Positions 18,202 through 28,724 of a DNA stretch of 64,000 nucleotides are shown in pieces (the stretch's first letter is position 1; each line of letters begins with the position of its first letter). The stretch is from positions 37,721-101,720 of the forward strand of contig CAYUVR010000001.1 of the NCBI GenBank assembly GCA_964448225.1. The letters are read 5' to 3'. A program made the translations under genes and the position numbers. The notes below the pieces were generated by a model. The model did no database searches and was not told where the DNA came from. It saw nothing but the letters and a program-made list of their open reading frames with translations. Source of the stretch: an uncultured Faecalibacterium sp. GTDB taxonomy: Bacteria > Bacillota > Clostridia > Oscillospirales > Acutalibacteraceae.

Positions 18202-19257
18202 TTATCTGATGCCTTTATCGTAAGGAATACCCTCAGCTTTTGGCGCTCTTGATTTTTTTGAAGTGAAAGCAAGAACAATGAGTGTAATAAGGTAGGGCAG
18301 CATACGGTAGAAGTTTGTGCTTATACCTAATTCCTTGAGCAGATATATTCCGTCACCGTTGAGATCAATTGTTGAATAGGCAGCGGCAATGCATTTGAAC
18401 AACCCGAATAGGAATGAGGCGAGTGCAATTGTCAACGGATTCCAGTTGCCGAAAATCATAACCGCAAGTGCAAGAAAGCCGAAGCCTGCTACTTCGCCCG
18501 TTGCAGAGGCATTTGCGGTTGTGAGGGCAAACACAAAGCCGCCCAAACCCGCAAGAGCGCCTGAAATTGTTGTGCCTGCATATCTCATTTTATAAACATT
18601 GATGCCAAGAGAGTCTGCGGCCTGAGGGCTTTCACCGCAGGCACGAAGTCTCAGTCCGAACCTTGTTTTGTAAAGAACAACCCAAAGCACAATAAATATA
18701 AGAAGGCAGATGTAGGTTGTGACATAGTTTTTCAAAAGAAAGGTGCTTGCAAAAAAGTTGGGCTGACCTTCAGAGTTGATGAAAAGAAAGCGTGCAACAG
18801 GATTCATCGTTTCAATATCGTCAAAACCAAAGGTTGATTTTTTCAGCATAAACCAGCTTGCCGCATCGCCCGATGCCATGCTCAGAACGTTCTGTCTGGT
18901 GATAACATTGATAAGGAACAAAACGGCTGCAGGGGCGAGCATATTAAGGGCTGTGCCGCTGATTGTCTGATTTGCTTTGAGGTTAATCGCCGCAAAGGAC
19001 AAAAGAAGTGAGAATACTGCTCCGAGTATAGCAGAGACAAGCATTGTCACAATGAGAAGAAGCTGTGCCTGTTCTTTCAAAAATATCTCATTTTGCTGCA
19101 TAATATTGATAAAAAGCACACCGATAAAAGCACCGAAAATCATAATACCTTCAAGTGCAAGGTTGATAATACCGCTACGCTCTGCGAAGACACCGCCCAA
19201 AGCAACAATAAGAAGGGGAACAGCATAGATGAGAGTTTGCTGTATAAGAAATTCCAT
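18202..19257 (-). CDS. ABC transporter permease, nucleoside (BMP-type) family
   Basis: 351-aa polytopic protein. Its start overlaps the upstream stop (TAATG). Confidence 0.8.
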   Translation of the reverse strand: MEFLIQQTLIYAVPLLIVALGGVFAERSGIINLALEGIMIFGAFIGVLFINIMQQNEIFLKEQAQLLLIVTMLVSAILGAVFSLLLSFAAINLKANQTISGTALNMLAPAAVLFLINVITRQNVLSMASGDAASWFMLKKSTFGFDDIETMNPVARFLFINSEGQPNFFASTFLLKNYVTTYICLLIFIVLWVVLYKTRFGLRLRACGESPQAADSLGINVYKMRYAGTTISGALAGLGGFVFALTTANASATGEVAGFGFLALAVMIFGNWNPLTIALASFLFGLFKCIAAAYSTIDLNGDGIYLLKELGISTNFYRMLPYLITLIVLAFTSKKSRAPKAEGIPYDKGIR

Positions 19258-20585
19258 TATTCGCTTTCCTCCTTTTGTTTGTCCGTTTCGTCATTAGTCA
19301 GCTCTTTTGCTTCGTGAGCCTCTTCAAGAATTTCCTCGTCGGAGTGAGTTTGTATTTCTGAGGTGGTGGGTCCGCCGCTTTCTGAAAGTGCCTGTTCAAC
19401 AACGCTTTTTCTTTTGCGTCTTGTTGAAAAGAGTTGTCTTATAACAAGTGAGAAGGCACTCAGATAGACAATAGCAGCAATAATAATATCGGTGATATAT
19501 TCATTGTATGCGGTGAGTGTTTTAAGCCTTTGCCCTGCGATATTGAGCATTGACATAAAACAGCCTGAGAAGATAACGGCGATAGGATTGTTGGACGCAA
19601 GAAGGGCAATTGGGATTCCGTTGAAGCCTTCTGACGGAAGTGACTGATAGGTTGCGTGGAAAAACTCAGTGTTGCCCGAAAGGTAGTAAAGAGCTGCCGC
19701 ACCGCCCGAAAGTGAGCCTGCAATTGCCATTGAAAGCACAATCATTCTTTTGCCTTTGATGCCTGCGTATTCGGCGGCGTGTTTACCCATACCGCAAGCC
19801 TTAAGCTCGTATCCGAGGGTTGTTTTGTAAATGATGACATAAACAATAACCGCAAAAAGTATAGCAATGAGAATACCTGCGTTAATCTGTGAGCCGGGGA
19901 AAATTTTGTCAAGCCCTAATTTCGCCGTTGCAACACCGTTTGCCGATGTTGGCATAATGTAGCCGATTTTGCCTGACTCATTACCGTTTCGGAGAGAACT
20001 GTTTTCAAAAATCCAGGTGACAAGGTTTGCCGCAATCCAGTTTGTCATTATGCAGGCGAGAACCTCATTGATGTTGAGGTATGCCTTGACAATACCCGGT
20101 ATGGCGCCCCACAAAGCCCCTGCAAGCATACCGCCGAGAAAGGCGAGCAGCCACACCAGAAATGAAGGCACAGCCGTTGAGGGAATTGACAGCGCAATAA
20201 TTAGTGTGGCCGCAGTTCCCATAAGATACTGTCCCGGTGCACCGATATTGAAAAGCCCTGTTTTGAAGGCGACTGCAACGGAAAGACCTGTCATAATGAC
20301 GGGAGTTGCTCTGAAAAACAGGTTTCCGAGATTGACGGGATTGAAGCCAAAGGTAAGTTCTCCTGCCGCATTTCGTCCCGTTGAAAAAAGTCCGAAGAAG
20401 ATAAGCTTCAGACCTTCAAGACCTGATCTGAAGCTGATTTCATCACTTACGGCGGCAACGATTACCGTGATTATGCCGCCGACGAGCAGACCTGCACCGA
20501 TCGAAGCCAGGGAGGACAAAACCGTTTTTAAGCCGTCTTTTTTCAAAAGCGGAGAAAGCATCTTTTCTTCTTTCATTTGTTTCAT
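19257..20585 (-). CDS. ABC transporter permease, nucleoside (BMP-type) family, with an acidic C-terminal tail
   Basis: 442 aa, polytopic. The last ~55 aa are hydrophilic and acidic (SDEEILEEAHEAKELTNDETDKQKEESE). TAATG overlap with the ATPase gene. Confidence 0.8.
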   Translation of the reverse strand: MKQMKEEKMLSPLLKKDGLKTVLSSLASIGAGLLVGGIITVIVAAVSDEISFRSGLEGLKLIFFGLFSTGRNAAGELTFGFNPVNLGNLFFRATPVIMTGLSVAVAFKTGLFNIGAPGQYLMGTAATLIIALSIPSTAVPSFLVWLLAFLGGMLAGALWGAIPGIVKAYLNINEVLACIMTNWIAANLVTWIFENSSLRNGNESGKIGYIMPTSANGVATAKLGLDKIFPGSQINAGILIAILFAVIVYVIIYKTTLGYELKACGMGKHAAEYAGIKGKRMIVLSMAIAGSLSGGAAALYYLSGNTEFFHATYQSLPSEGFNGIPIALLASNNPIAVIFSGCFMSMLNIAGQRLKTLTAYNEYITDIIIAAIVYLSAFSLVIRQLFSTRRKRKSVVEQALSESGGPTTSEIQTHSDEEILEEAHEAKELTNDETDKQKEESE

Positions 20586-22120
20586 TATGTGTTACCCTCC
20601 TGTTTTTTTGTTCCTGCCATATAAAGACCTAATTCGGAAACAGAGGTTTCTTTCGGGTCAAATTCGCCCACAATTTCACCCTCGTGCATAACAAGAATTC
20701 TGTCAGAAATACTCATAACTTCGTCTAGTTCAAGTGACACAAGAAGAACGGCTTTGCCCTCGTCACGTTTTTTCACAAGCTGGCTGTGGATATATTCAAT
20801 TGCACCCACATCAAGACCTCTTGTGGGCTGAACGGCAATGATAAGCGGCTGATTTCTGTCCAGTTCTCTTGCTATGATTGCCTTTTGCTGATTACCGCCT
20901 GACATAGCTCTCGTCCGTGTCTGACCGCCCTGACCTGAGCGCACATCAAACTCTTCAATGAGGCGGTCGGCATATTCTTTTACGGCACCTTTTTTAATAA
21001 AGCCCATTTTTTGAAACTCCGGCTCAAAATATCTCTGAAGAACACAGTTATCCTGGAGTGAAAAGTCAAGCACAAGTCCGTGCTTGTGTCTGTCCTCAGG
21101 GATATGACTTATGCCTGCCTTGTTTCTTTTGCGTATTGAAAATTCGGTTATATCCTTGCTTTGAAGATATATTTTTCCGTCTGATATCCTCTGAAGTCCT
21201 GCAATGGCGCTGACAAGCTCTGTCTGTCCGTTGCCGTCAATTCCTGCAATGCAGAGAATTTCACCTGCTCTCAGGGCGAAAGATACATTGTTGACGGCGT
21301 GCTTGTTTTTCTGATGCTTTGACGGTACGGTTACACCTTTCACGTCAAGAATAACCTCGGCGGGGGTTGCTTCCTTTTTTTGAACGGTGAGCTGAACAGG
21401 TCGGCCGACCATCATCTGAGACAGTTCCTCTTTTGTGGTGTCCTTTGTGTTGACAGTACCTACGTACTTACCTTTTCTCAAAACCGTAACCCGATCGGAA
21501 ACCGCCATAATTTCATTGAGCTTATGGGTAATGAAAAGAATGGACTTTCCTTCTCTTGCAAAAGAGCGCATAATTTCCATCAGTTCGTCTATTTCTTGTG
21601 GAGTGAGAACTGCTGTCGGCTCGTCAAAAATCAGAATATCATTTTCACGGTAAAGCATTTTGAGAATTTCAACTCTCTGCTGCATACCCACGGTTATATC
21701 CTCAACTTTTGCATCGAGGTCAACCCTGAGTCCGTATTTGTCGGAAAGCTGCTGCACTTTCTGCCTTGCCTTCCTTTTTTGCAAAAAGCCCAGCTTTGTT
21801 GTCTCAGCGCCGAGAATGATATTGTCAAGCACGGTGAAAACATCAACCAGTTTAAAATGCTGATGCACCATACCGATATTGAGGGCGGTGGCATCGTTGG
21901 GATTTTCGATTTTTACAATTTCTCCGTTTTTCTTGATTACACCTTTTTCAGGCTCGTAAAGACCGAAAAGCACAGACATCAATGTGCTTTTGCCTGCTCC
22001 GTTTTCACCAAGAAGAACGTGAATTTCTCCTTTTTTTAGCTGAAGGGTAATGTTGTCGTTTGCAATTATACCGGGAAATTCCTTTGTGATGTTAAGCATT
22101 TCAATTATGTAGTCACTCAT
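20585..22120 (-). CDS. ABC transporter ATPase with two nucleotide-binding domains (nucleoside/sugar type)
   Basis: Walker A GENGAGKST, a second NBD with signature MSGGNQQK. Start taken at ATG 22120 (MSDYIIEM); the GTG at 22129 is an alternative. Confidence 0.85.
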   Translation of the reverse strand: MSDYIIEMLNITKEFPGIIANDNITLQLKKGEIHVLLGENGAGKSTLMSVLFGLYEPEKGVIKKNGEIVKIENPNDATALNIGMVHQHFKLVDVFTVLDNIILGAETTKLGFLQKRKARQKVQQLSDKYGLRVDLDAKVEDITVGMQQRVEILKMLYRENDILIFDEPTAVLTPQEIDELMEIMRSFAREGKSILFITHKLNEIMAVSDRVTVLRKGKYVGTVNTKDTTKEELSQMMVGRPVQLTVQKKEATPAEVILDVKGVTVPSKHQKNKHAVNNVSFALRAGEILCIAGIDGNGQTELVSAIAGLQRISDGKIYLQSKDITEFSIRKRNKAGISHIPEDRHKHGLVLDFSLQDNCVLQRYFEPEFQKMGFIKKGAVKEYADRLIEEFDVRSGQGGQTRTRAMSGGNQQKAIIARELDRNQPLIIAVQPTRGLDVGAIEYIHSQLVKKRDEGKAVLLVSLELDEVMSISDRILVMHEGEIVGEFDPKETSVSELGLYMAGTKKQEGNT

Positions 22121-22214
22121 AATCTGCACTCACTTTCCTGAAACTTTAATCCGTAACTTAGTATGAACAAAAGCGAAGGGTTTTATTTACATAAAAAAAT
22201 TTTTCTGAAAAGTG

Positions 22215-22271
22215 TTGACAATTCGGTCTACAGATGATAGACTAAAAATGCGGTCGATAGACAATAGACCG
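22215..22271 (+). promoter_or_regulatory. blaI promoter with dyad operators
   Basis: TTGACA (22215-22220), 17 nt, TAGACT (22238-22243). GTCTA-N7-TAGAC dyad (22226-22242) overlaps the -10. CGGTC-N11-GACCG dyad at 22251-22271. TAGAC occurs three times. TACAGATGAT resembles the TACAnnTGTA box of BlaI/CopY repressors. Confidence 0.6.
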
Positions 22272-22287
22272 AAAAGGAGAAATAAAT

Positions 22288-22647
22288 ATGGAAGAACTTA
22301 AATTAGGTGTAGTTGAAACCCGTTTTGCCGATATTATCTGGCAGAACGAGCCTATAGCTTCGGGAGAGCTTGTAAAAAAGTGTGAAAAAGAACTCAGTTG
22401 GAAAAAGTCAACCACTTATACGGTGTTAAAGAAGCTTTGTGAGCGTGGCATTTTTCAGAATGAAAAGGGGATTGTAACTTCACTTCTTTCAAAAGAGGAA
22501 TTTCATTCCGTTCAGAGTGAAAAATTTGTTGAAGATACCTTCCGAGGTTCACTGCCTGCATTCATTGCCGCCTTTACAAAAAGAAAAAAGCTTTCTTCAT
22601 CTGAAATTGATGAACTGAAAAAAATGATAGATAAAATGAGGGGGTAA
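22288..22647 (+). CDS. BlaI/MecI/CopY-family winged-helix repressor
   Basis: 119 aa, typical size and N-terminal wHTH region. Immediately upstream of an M56 peptidase gene. Confidence 0.85.
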   Translation: MEELKLGVVETRFADIIWQNEPIASGELVKKCEKELSWKKSTTYTVLKKLCERGIFQNEKGIVTSLLSKEEFHSVQSEKFVEDTFRGSLPAFIAAFTKRKKLSSSEIDELKKMIDKMRG

Positions 22648-22652
22648 AAATT

Positions 22653-24434
22653 ATGCTTGATACTGTTTTTATGCAAATTCTGGATATGACAAAAACAGCG
22701 AGCATAGTGATCCTGTTTATACTTCTTGCACGTTTGCTTTTAAAAAAAGCTCCCAAGATTTTTTCTTATGTGTTGTGGGCAGTTGTGCTTTTCCGTCTGC
22801 TTTGCCCCGTGTCAATTGAACTTCCCGTAAGTGCAGTTCCGAAGTTTGAGCCCACAGCCAATTCATATACCCTTGAAGATGAGTCTATTTCTGTTTTCGG
22901 GGCATCTGAAGCGGCATATCGGGCAGTGGGCGATGTTATGAACGGCGGAATAGACAATCAGATTATCCGCACAACTGAGCGTGATGAAGAGGGAAATACC
23001 GAGTATACCAGTGCCAACTGGTGGGAAGTATGGATTCTGTTCGGGCAGTATGTCTGGCTCATAGGCATTGCAGGTATGATAATCTACAGCATAGTTTCAT
23101 ATTATAAGCTCAGAAAAAAGCTTGTAGGTGCAGTTTTGTTCAGAGATAACGTTTTTCTGTCCGACTATATAACATATCCCTTTGTGATGGGGCTGTTCCG
23201 CCCGAAAATATATCTTCCCTCAACCCTTTCGGAAAGAGAGCAGGAATATATAATTCTTCACGAACAGCATCATATCAGAAGATTTGACCATATAATAAAA
23301 GCTCTTTCATTTGCTGCACTGTGTGTTCATTGGTTTAATCCGCTTGTGTGGCTGTCTTTTGTCCTTTCAGGCAGAGATATGGAGATGAGCTGTGATGAAG
23401 CTGTAATCAAAAAGATGGGCACAGATATCCGTGCCGACTATTCTGCATCGCTTCTGAGCCTTGCAACCGGCAGAAGAATCATTGCAGGCACACCTCTTGC
23501 TTTCGGTGAAGGCGACACCAAGGGAAGAATCAAAAATCTTGCCAACCGGAAAAAGCCGTCCTTCCGGGTTATTATTATTGCAGTTGTTATAAGTATAGTT
23601 GCAACTGTCTGCTTCTTGACAGACCCTGTGGAGAAAATCAACGGAGGCAAGAATTATGTCAGCGTAACAGAAATTGATGAAGGCTCATTATTCGATATGG
23701 AACAAATAATATCCACCTCTCATATGCTGACCGTGAGAAAAGGCGAAAATGAATATTTTAACGCAACACCATTGGGCGGTGGTCGCAGTAATGTTATCGA
23801 TTTTCTGGAATCATTGAGTCTTGGCATCACTCAGGCTAGTGAAATTGATTTTTCATCGGTTGACGGTTATATCACCGTACTTAGTGATTCTCACAGCGGA
23901 GTTGAAATTTATTTTGCCGAAGACTATTCAAGACTCTGGCTCAGAAGTCTCAAAGATACTTCCTACAGTTCTGTTTATGCCGTACTTACTGTTGAAAAGG
24001 CCAGAAAATTTTTTGAAGACAAGGAATATTTAAATAATGCATCCATATGGGAATTTGATATGCTTTCAAGTGCTTATGGCCATAGCAGTATTCATTTATA
24101 TTTAGACAATGAATATGAATTGCTATCAGAAACCGACGTTATTGAGTCTGAGGAACGCAGCTTGAAGGGCATTGGTTGGTCACCAAACATAAATACGCTT
24201 GACAGCACTTATGTTGAAGAATCCTTTACAATTCCTGCTGTCAAAAATGGTAGAAATGTGGAGTTTACCATAACAATGTCAAAGGTTGGCGAAAATGGAC
24301 GTGGCGGAGTGTATTTCAGAATTTCCACCGATGATGAAACGGTGCTGGGGGATTACGGCAACGGTTATGAATATGTGCTCGGTAAGGTTGAAACGAAGAA
24401 CAGCAAAAATAACACCACTTCCGCACCTGTTTAA
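22653..24434 (+). CDS. BlaR1-like M56 metallopeptidase sensor with an unrecognised extracellular C-terminal domain
   Basis: Four N-terminal TM segments, HExxH (HEQHH, 23259-23273), a further TM, then about 280 aa with no SxxK/KTG penicillin-binding motifs. Confidence 0.8.
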   Translation: MLDTVFMQILDMTKTASIVILFILLARLLLKKAPKIFSYVLWAVVLFRLLCPVSIELPVSAVPKFEPTANSYTLEDESISVFGASEAAYRAVGDVMNGGIDNQIIRTTERDEEGNTEYTSANWWEVWILFGQYVWLIGIAGMIIYSIVSYYKLRKKLVGAVLFRDNVFLSDYITYPFVMGLFRPKIYLPSTLSEREQEYIILHEQHHIRRFDHIIKALSFAALCVHWFNPLVWLSFVLSGRDMEMSCDEAVIKKMGTDIRADYSASLLSLATGRRIIAGTPLAFGEGDTKGRIKNLANRKKPSFRVIIIAVVISIVATVCFLTDPVEKINGGKNYVSVTEIDEGSLFDMEQIISTSHMLTVRKGENEYFNATPLGGGRSNVIDFLESLSLGITQASEIDFSSVDGYITVLSDSHSGVEIYFAEDYSRLWLRSLKDTSYSSVYAVLTVEKARKFFEDKEYLNNASIWEFDMLSSAYGHSSIHLYLDNEYELLSETDVIESEERSLKGIGWSPNINTLDSTYVEESFTIPAVKNGRNVEFTITMSKVGENGRGGVYFRISTDDETVLGDYGNGYEYVLGKVETKNSKNNTTSAPV

Positions 24435-24739
24435 GTGGTTACAGACGAAAACGGCAGTAGAGTCAGTTGAAAGTTATCCTGAGTACATTGGTGACAATAA
24501 AGAATTAAGCTTGTTGAAGGAAAAAATAATCAACTCAAGTGACTGGAAAACAAACGGGCTGAAAAGTGCAGGAATTGATGGGGTTTAATAGAGCAGACGG
24601 AGAAATCGGCGAAGAAATAGTTTTGCATCAGCAGGTGGGTGCTGCAGGAGGAGCAGGCTCATTTATTCAAAGTAATAGAAGCTGATTTTATTGTTGCAAC
24701 AAAATAACATTTCATTATTTATCTCTATAAAACAACAAA

Positions 24740-24769
24740 ACTCCCATCGGCATTTTCACCGATGGGAGT
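24740..24769 (-). terminator. groEL terminator
   Basis: 10-bp stem CUCCCAUCGG/CCGAUGGGAG. On the minus strand it is followed by UUUUGUUGUUUU. Confidence 0.8.
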
Positions 24770-24836
24770 CATTCTGTTAAATCAGCGGAATAATGTTCCT
24801 GTTCTTCTGAAACTTAAATCGTCATTATGCATTCAA

Positions 24837-26480
<1,644 letters not shown>

Positions 26481-26491
26481 TTACCTCCTGA

Positions 26492-26776
26492 TTACTCAAT
26501 TACTGCGAGAATATCGTTCTGGCGCACGATTGTGTATTCTTCGCCGTCAACCTTAACTTCCGTGCCTGAATATTTGCCTGTGATAACCTTGTCACCGACT
26601 TTAACAAGCATTGCGATTTCCTTTCCGTCAACTACACCGCCGGGGCCTACTGCAACAACTTCGGAAAACTGGGGTTTTTCCTGCGATGCGGAAGTAAGTA
26701 TAAAACCGCTTTGGGTAGTTTCTTCAACTTCTGTTGCCTTGAGGACAACTCTGTCAAGAAGTGGTTTAATGGTCAT
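26492..26776 (-). CDS. groES: Co-chaperonin GroES
   Basis: 94 aa, immediately upstream of groEL, typical GroES sequence. Confidence 0.95.
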   Translation of the reverse strand: MTIKPLLDRVVLKATEVEETTQSGFILTSASQEKPQFSEVVAVGPGGVVDGKEIAMLVKVGDKVITGKYSGTEVKVDGEEYTIVRQNDILAVIE

Positions 26777-26827
26777 AATTTATTCCTCCTAAGTTTAATT
26801 TACAATTTTAGCAGTTTATAGCCGTTG

Positions 26828-26854
26828 TTAGCACTCTAACTCATCGAGTGCTAA
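26828..26854 (-). promoter_or_regulatory. CIRCE operator (HrcA binding site)
   Basis: Perfect TTAGCACTC-N9-GAGTGCTAA inverted repeat about 50 nt upstream of groES. Confidence 0.95.
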
Positions 26855-26977
26855 TTTATATTTTAGTCGCTTTTTTCAAAAAATCAAGTACTTTTGTAAA
26901 AATATTATAAAATAATTGGAAAATTTTTAATGTCGATATTTGTAAGCGTATGTGAAACACTAAAAACGGTGATAATT

Positions 26978-28567
26978 ATGTCAAAAAGGATGCTTTCATT
27001 ATATATGCTTTTTGTTGCCTGCTTTATGGCGCTTCTTGTGAGAATTATGTATATAAATTTTTCTGATTATTCTCTGGCAGGGGAAAGTCAGTCAAAGCGC
27101 ACAATCACAATCGGTACGTCAAGGGGCAAGATATATGACAGAAATCTTGAAAAGCTTGTGGATTGCGAAGATAACCTTGTTGCTGCTGTTACACCTGCTG
27201 TAGGCTCGTCAGAATATCTGAAAGGTTATTTTGACATTGAAACTCTGACTGAAAAAATAGAAAAAGGCTTTCCGTTCACGGCGGTTGTTGATGAAGAAAT
27301 CAACAATGAATTTGTCCGCACCTTTTCCGTTCCGATACGCTATTCGGGGGATATGCTTGCAACCCACCTTATCGGATATCTTGATTCCACAGGTACAGAC
27401 GGTGTTGCAGGGCTTGAAAAAACATACAACAGCTTTCTCAAAGAGAACTCAGGCAAGCTTTCAGTCACATTTGAAGCTGATGCATTGGGCAGAGTGCTTG
27501 CGGGTATGGATAAATATATAAACGATGATAATTTTAATTCAGGTGCAGGTCTTGTGCTGACTCTTGATAAAAGGATACAGAAAATTGCCGAAGAGGAGCT
27601 GGAAAAAAGCAATATAGAAAGCGGCTGTGCAATTGTTATGCACGTCAATAACGGTGAAATTCTCGCTTTGGCAAGTGTGCCCGATTACGACCCGAACAAC
27701 GTGGCTGATTATCTTCTTAAAGAGAATTCGCCTTTTGTCAACAAGGCACTGAAAAGCTATAGCGTAGGCTCGGTATTCAAACCGGTCATTGCGGCTGCCG
27801 CTTTGGAAAACGGTATAGGTGCAGAAACGGAATATGAATGTACAGGCAGCGTTACAGTAGGTGACAGACAGTTTGACTGCTATAACCATACTGCTCACGG
27901 TAAGGTTAATATGAAAACAGCTTTGCAAAATTCCTGCAATACTTATTTCATAAACCTTATTATGAATATGGATACTGATTATCTTCTGCACCTTTGTCAG
28001 CAGATGGGGCTTGGCCGGAGCGACACAATAGCCGACGGAATAACCGCTTCAACAGGCTCTCTCCCGACGGCGGAAAGCCTTGAGCTTAAAGGCAATCTTG
28101 CGAACTTCGCCTTCGGACAGGGCGACCTTTTAATGACTCCCGTTCAGATGGCTAAGGCATATCACGTTCTTGCAACCGGGAATTACATTGCGCCGGGTCT
28201 CATATACGGTTTTGCTGATTCTTACGGCATAGTTAGCGAAAAGGGTACAGGCACTCCGCAGAAAATCCTCAGCGAAGAAACGGTGCTTCAGATGCGGGAG
28301 ATGCTTCTGTCTGTTACTGAAGAGGGTAACGCACAAAACGCAAAAAGTGATATGGTTGCCCTTGCGGGAAAAACAGGAACTGCCCAAAGCGGTATATATG
28401 AAAACGGCACGGAAGTATGTCGCACATGGCTTTCCGGATTTTTTCCTGCCAATAATCCCCACTACATTGTGATTGTTATGAACGAAAATGGTCAGGGCGG
28501 AAATACAGACTGTGCCCCTGTTTTCAAAAATATTTGTGAAAGAATAGTACACGATGAAAATAAGTGA
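26978..28567 (+). CDS. Class B penicillin-binding protein (PBP2/FtsI/SpoVD-type transpeptidase)
   Basis: N-terminal TM anchor, SxxK (SVFK), SxN (SCN) and KTG (KTGTA) motifs. Start set at ATG 26978. Confidence 0.85.
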   Translation: MSKRMLSLYMLFVACFMALLVRIMYINFSDYSLAGESQSKRTITIGTSRGKIYDRNLEKLVDCEDNLVAAVTPAVGSSEYLKGYFDIETLTEKIEKGFPFTAVVDEEINNEFVRTFSVPIRYSGDMLATHLIGYLDSTGTDGVAGLEKTYNSFLKENSGKLSVTFEADALGRVLAGMDKYINDDNFNSGAGLVLTLDKRIQKIAEEELEKSNIESGCAIVMHVNNGEILALASVPDYDPNNVADYLLKENSPFVNKALKSYSVGSVFKPVIAAAALENGIGAETEYECTGSVTVGDRQFDCYNHTAHGKVNMKTALQNSCNTYFINLIMNMDTDYLLHLCQQMGLGRSDTIADGITASTGSLPTAESLELKGNLANFAFGQGDLLMTPVQMAKAYHVLATGNYIAPGLIYGFADSYGIVSEKGTGTPQKILSEETVLQMREMLLSVTEEGNAQNAKSDMVALAGKTGTAQSGIYENGTEVCRTWLSGFFPANNPHYIVIVMNENGQGGNTDCAPVFKNICERIVHDENK

Positions 28568-28617
28568 ACAGATAAAACATCATTTTAATTACAAATGTTG
28601 TGATGTTTAAAAATCAA

Positions 28618-28647
28618 TTGACAAAATGCTCCCTTTTGTGATAATAT
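28618..28647 (+). promoter_or_regulatory. Promoter of the E2-like acyltransferase gene
   Basis: TTGACA (28618-28623), 18-nt spacer, TAATAT (28642-28647). Confidence 0.5.
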
Positions 28648-28724
28648 CTAGACAATTGTTGTGTAAATGGTCAGAAATACTAAAATGTATAATATTTAAT
28701 TACAAATGACGGAGAATGATAACT

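Noticed and set aside
22200-22215. The exact 16-mer TTTTTCTGAAAAGTGT is shared by the blaI promoter region (22200-22215) and the region upstream of the sigma remnant (29767-29782). It initially looked like a shared regulatory box.
   Set aside because: A 64-kb window read on two strands has about 4x10^9 position pairs, against 4^16 = 4.3x10^9 possible 16-mers. So about one exact coincidence is expected by chance, and more in AT-rich DNA. Flanking sequence does not extend the match.
24286-24588. 100-codon ORF overlapping the 3' end of the BlaR1-like gene.
   Set aside because: Its 5' half is an alternative frame of a well-supported CDS. Only the part beyond 24434 is considered, as a possible remnant.
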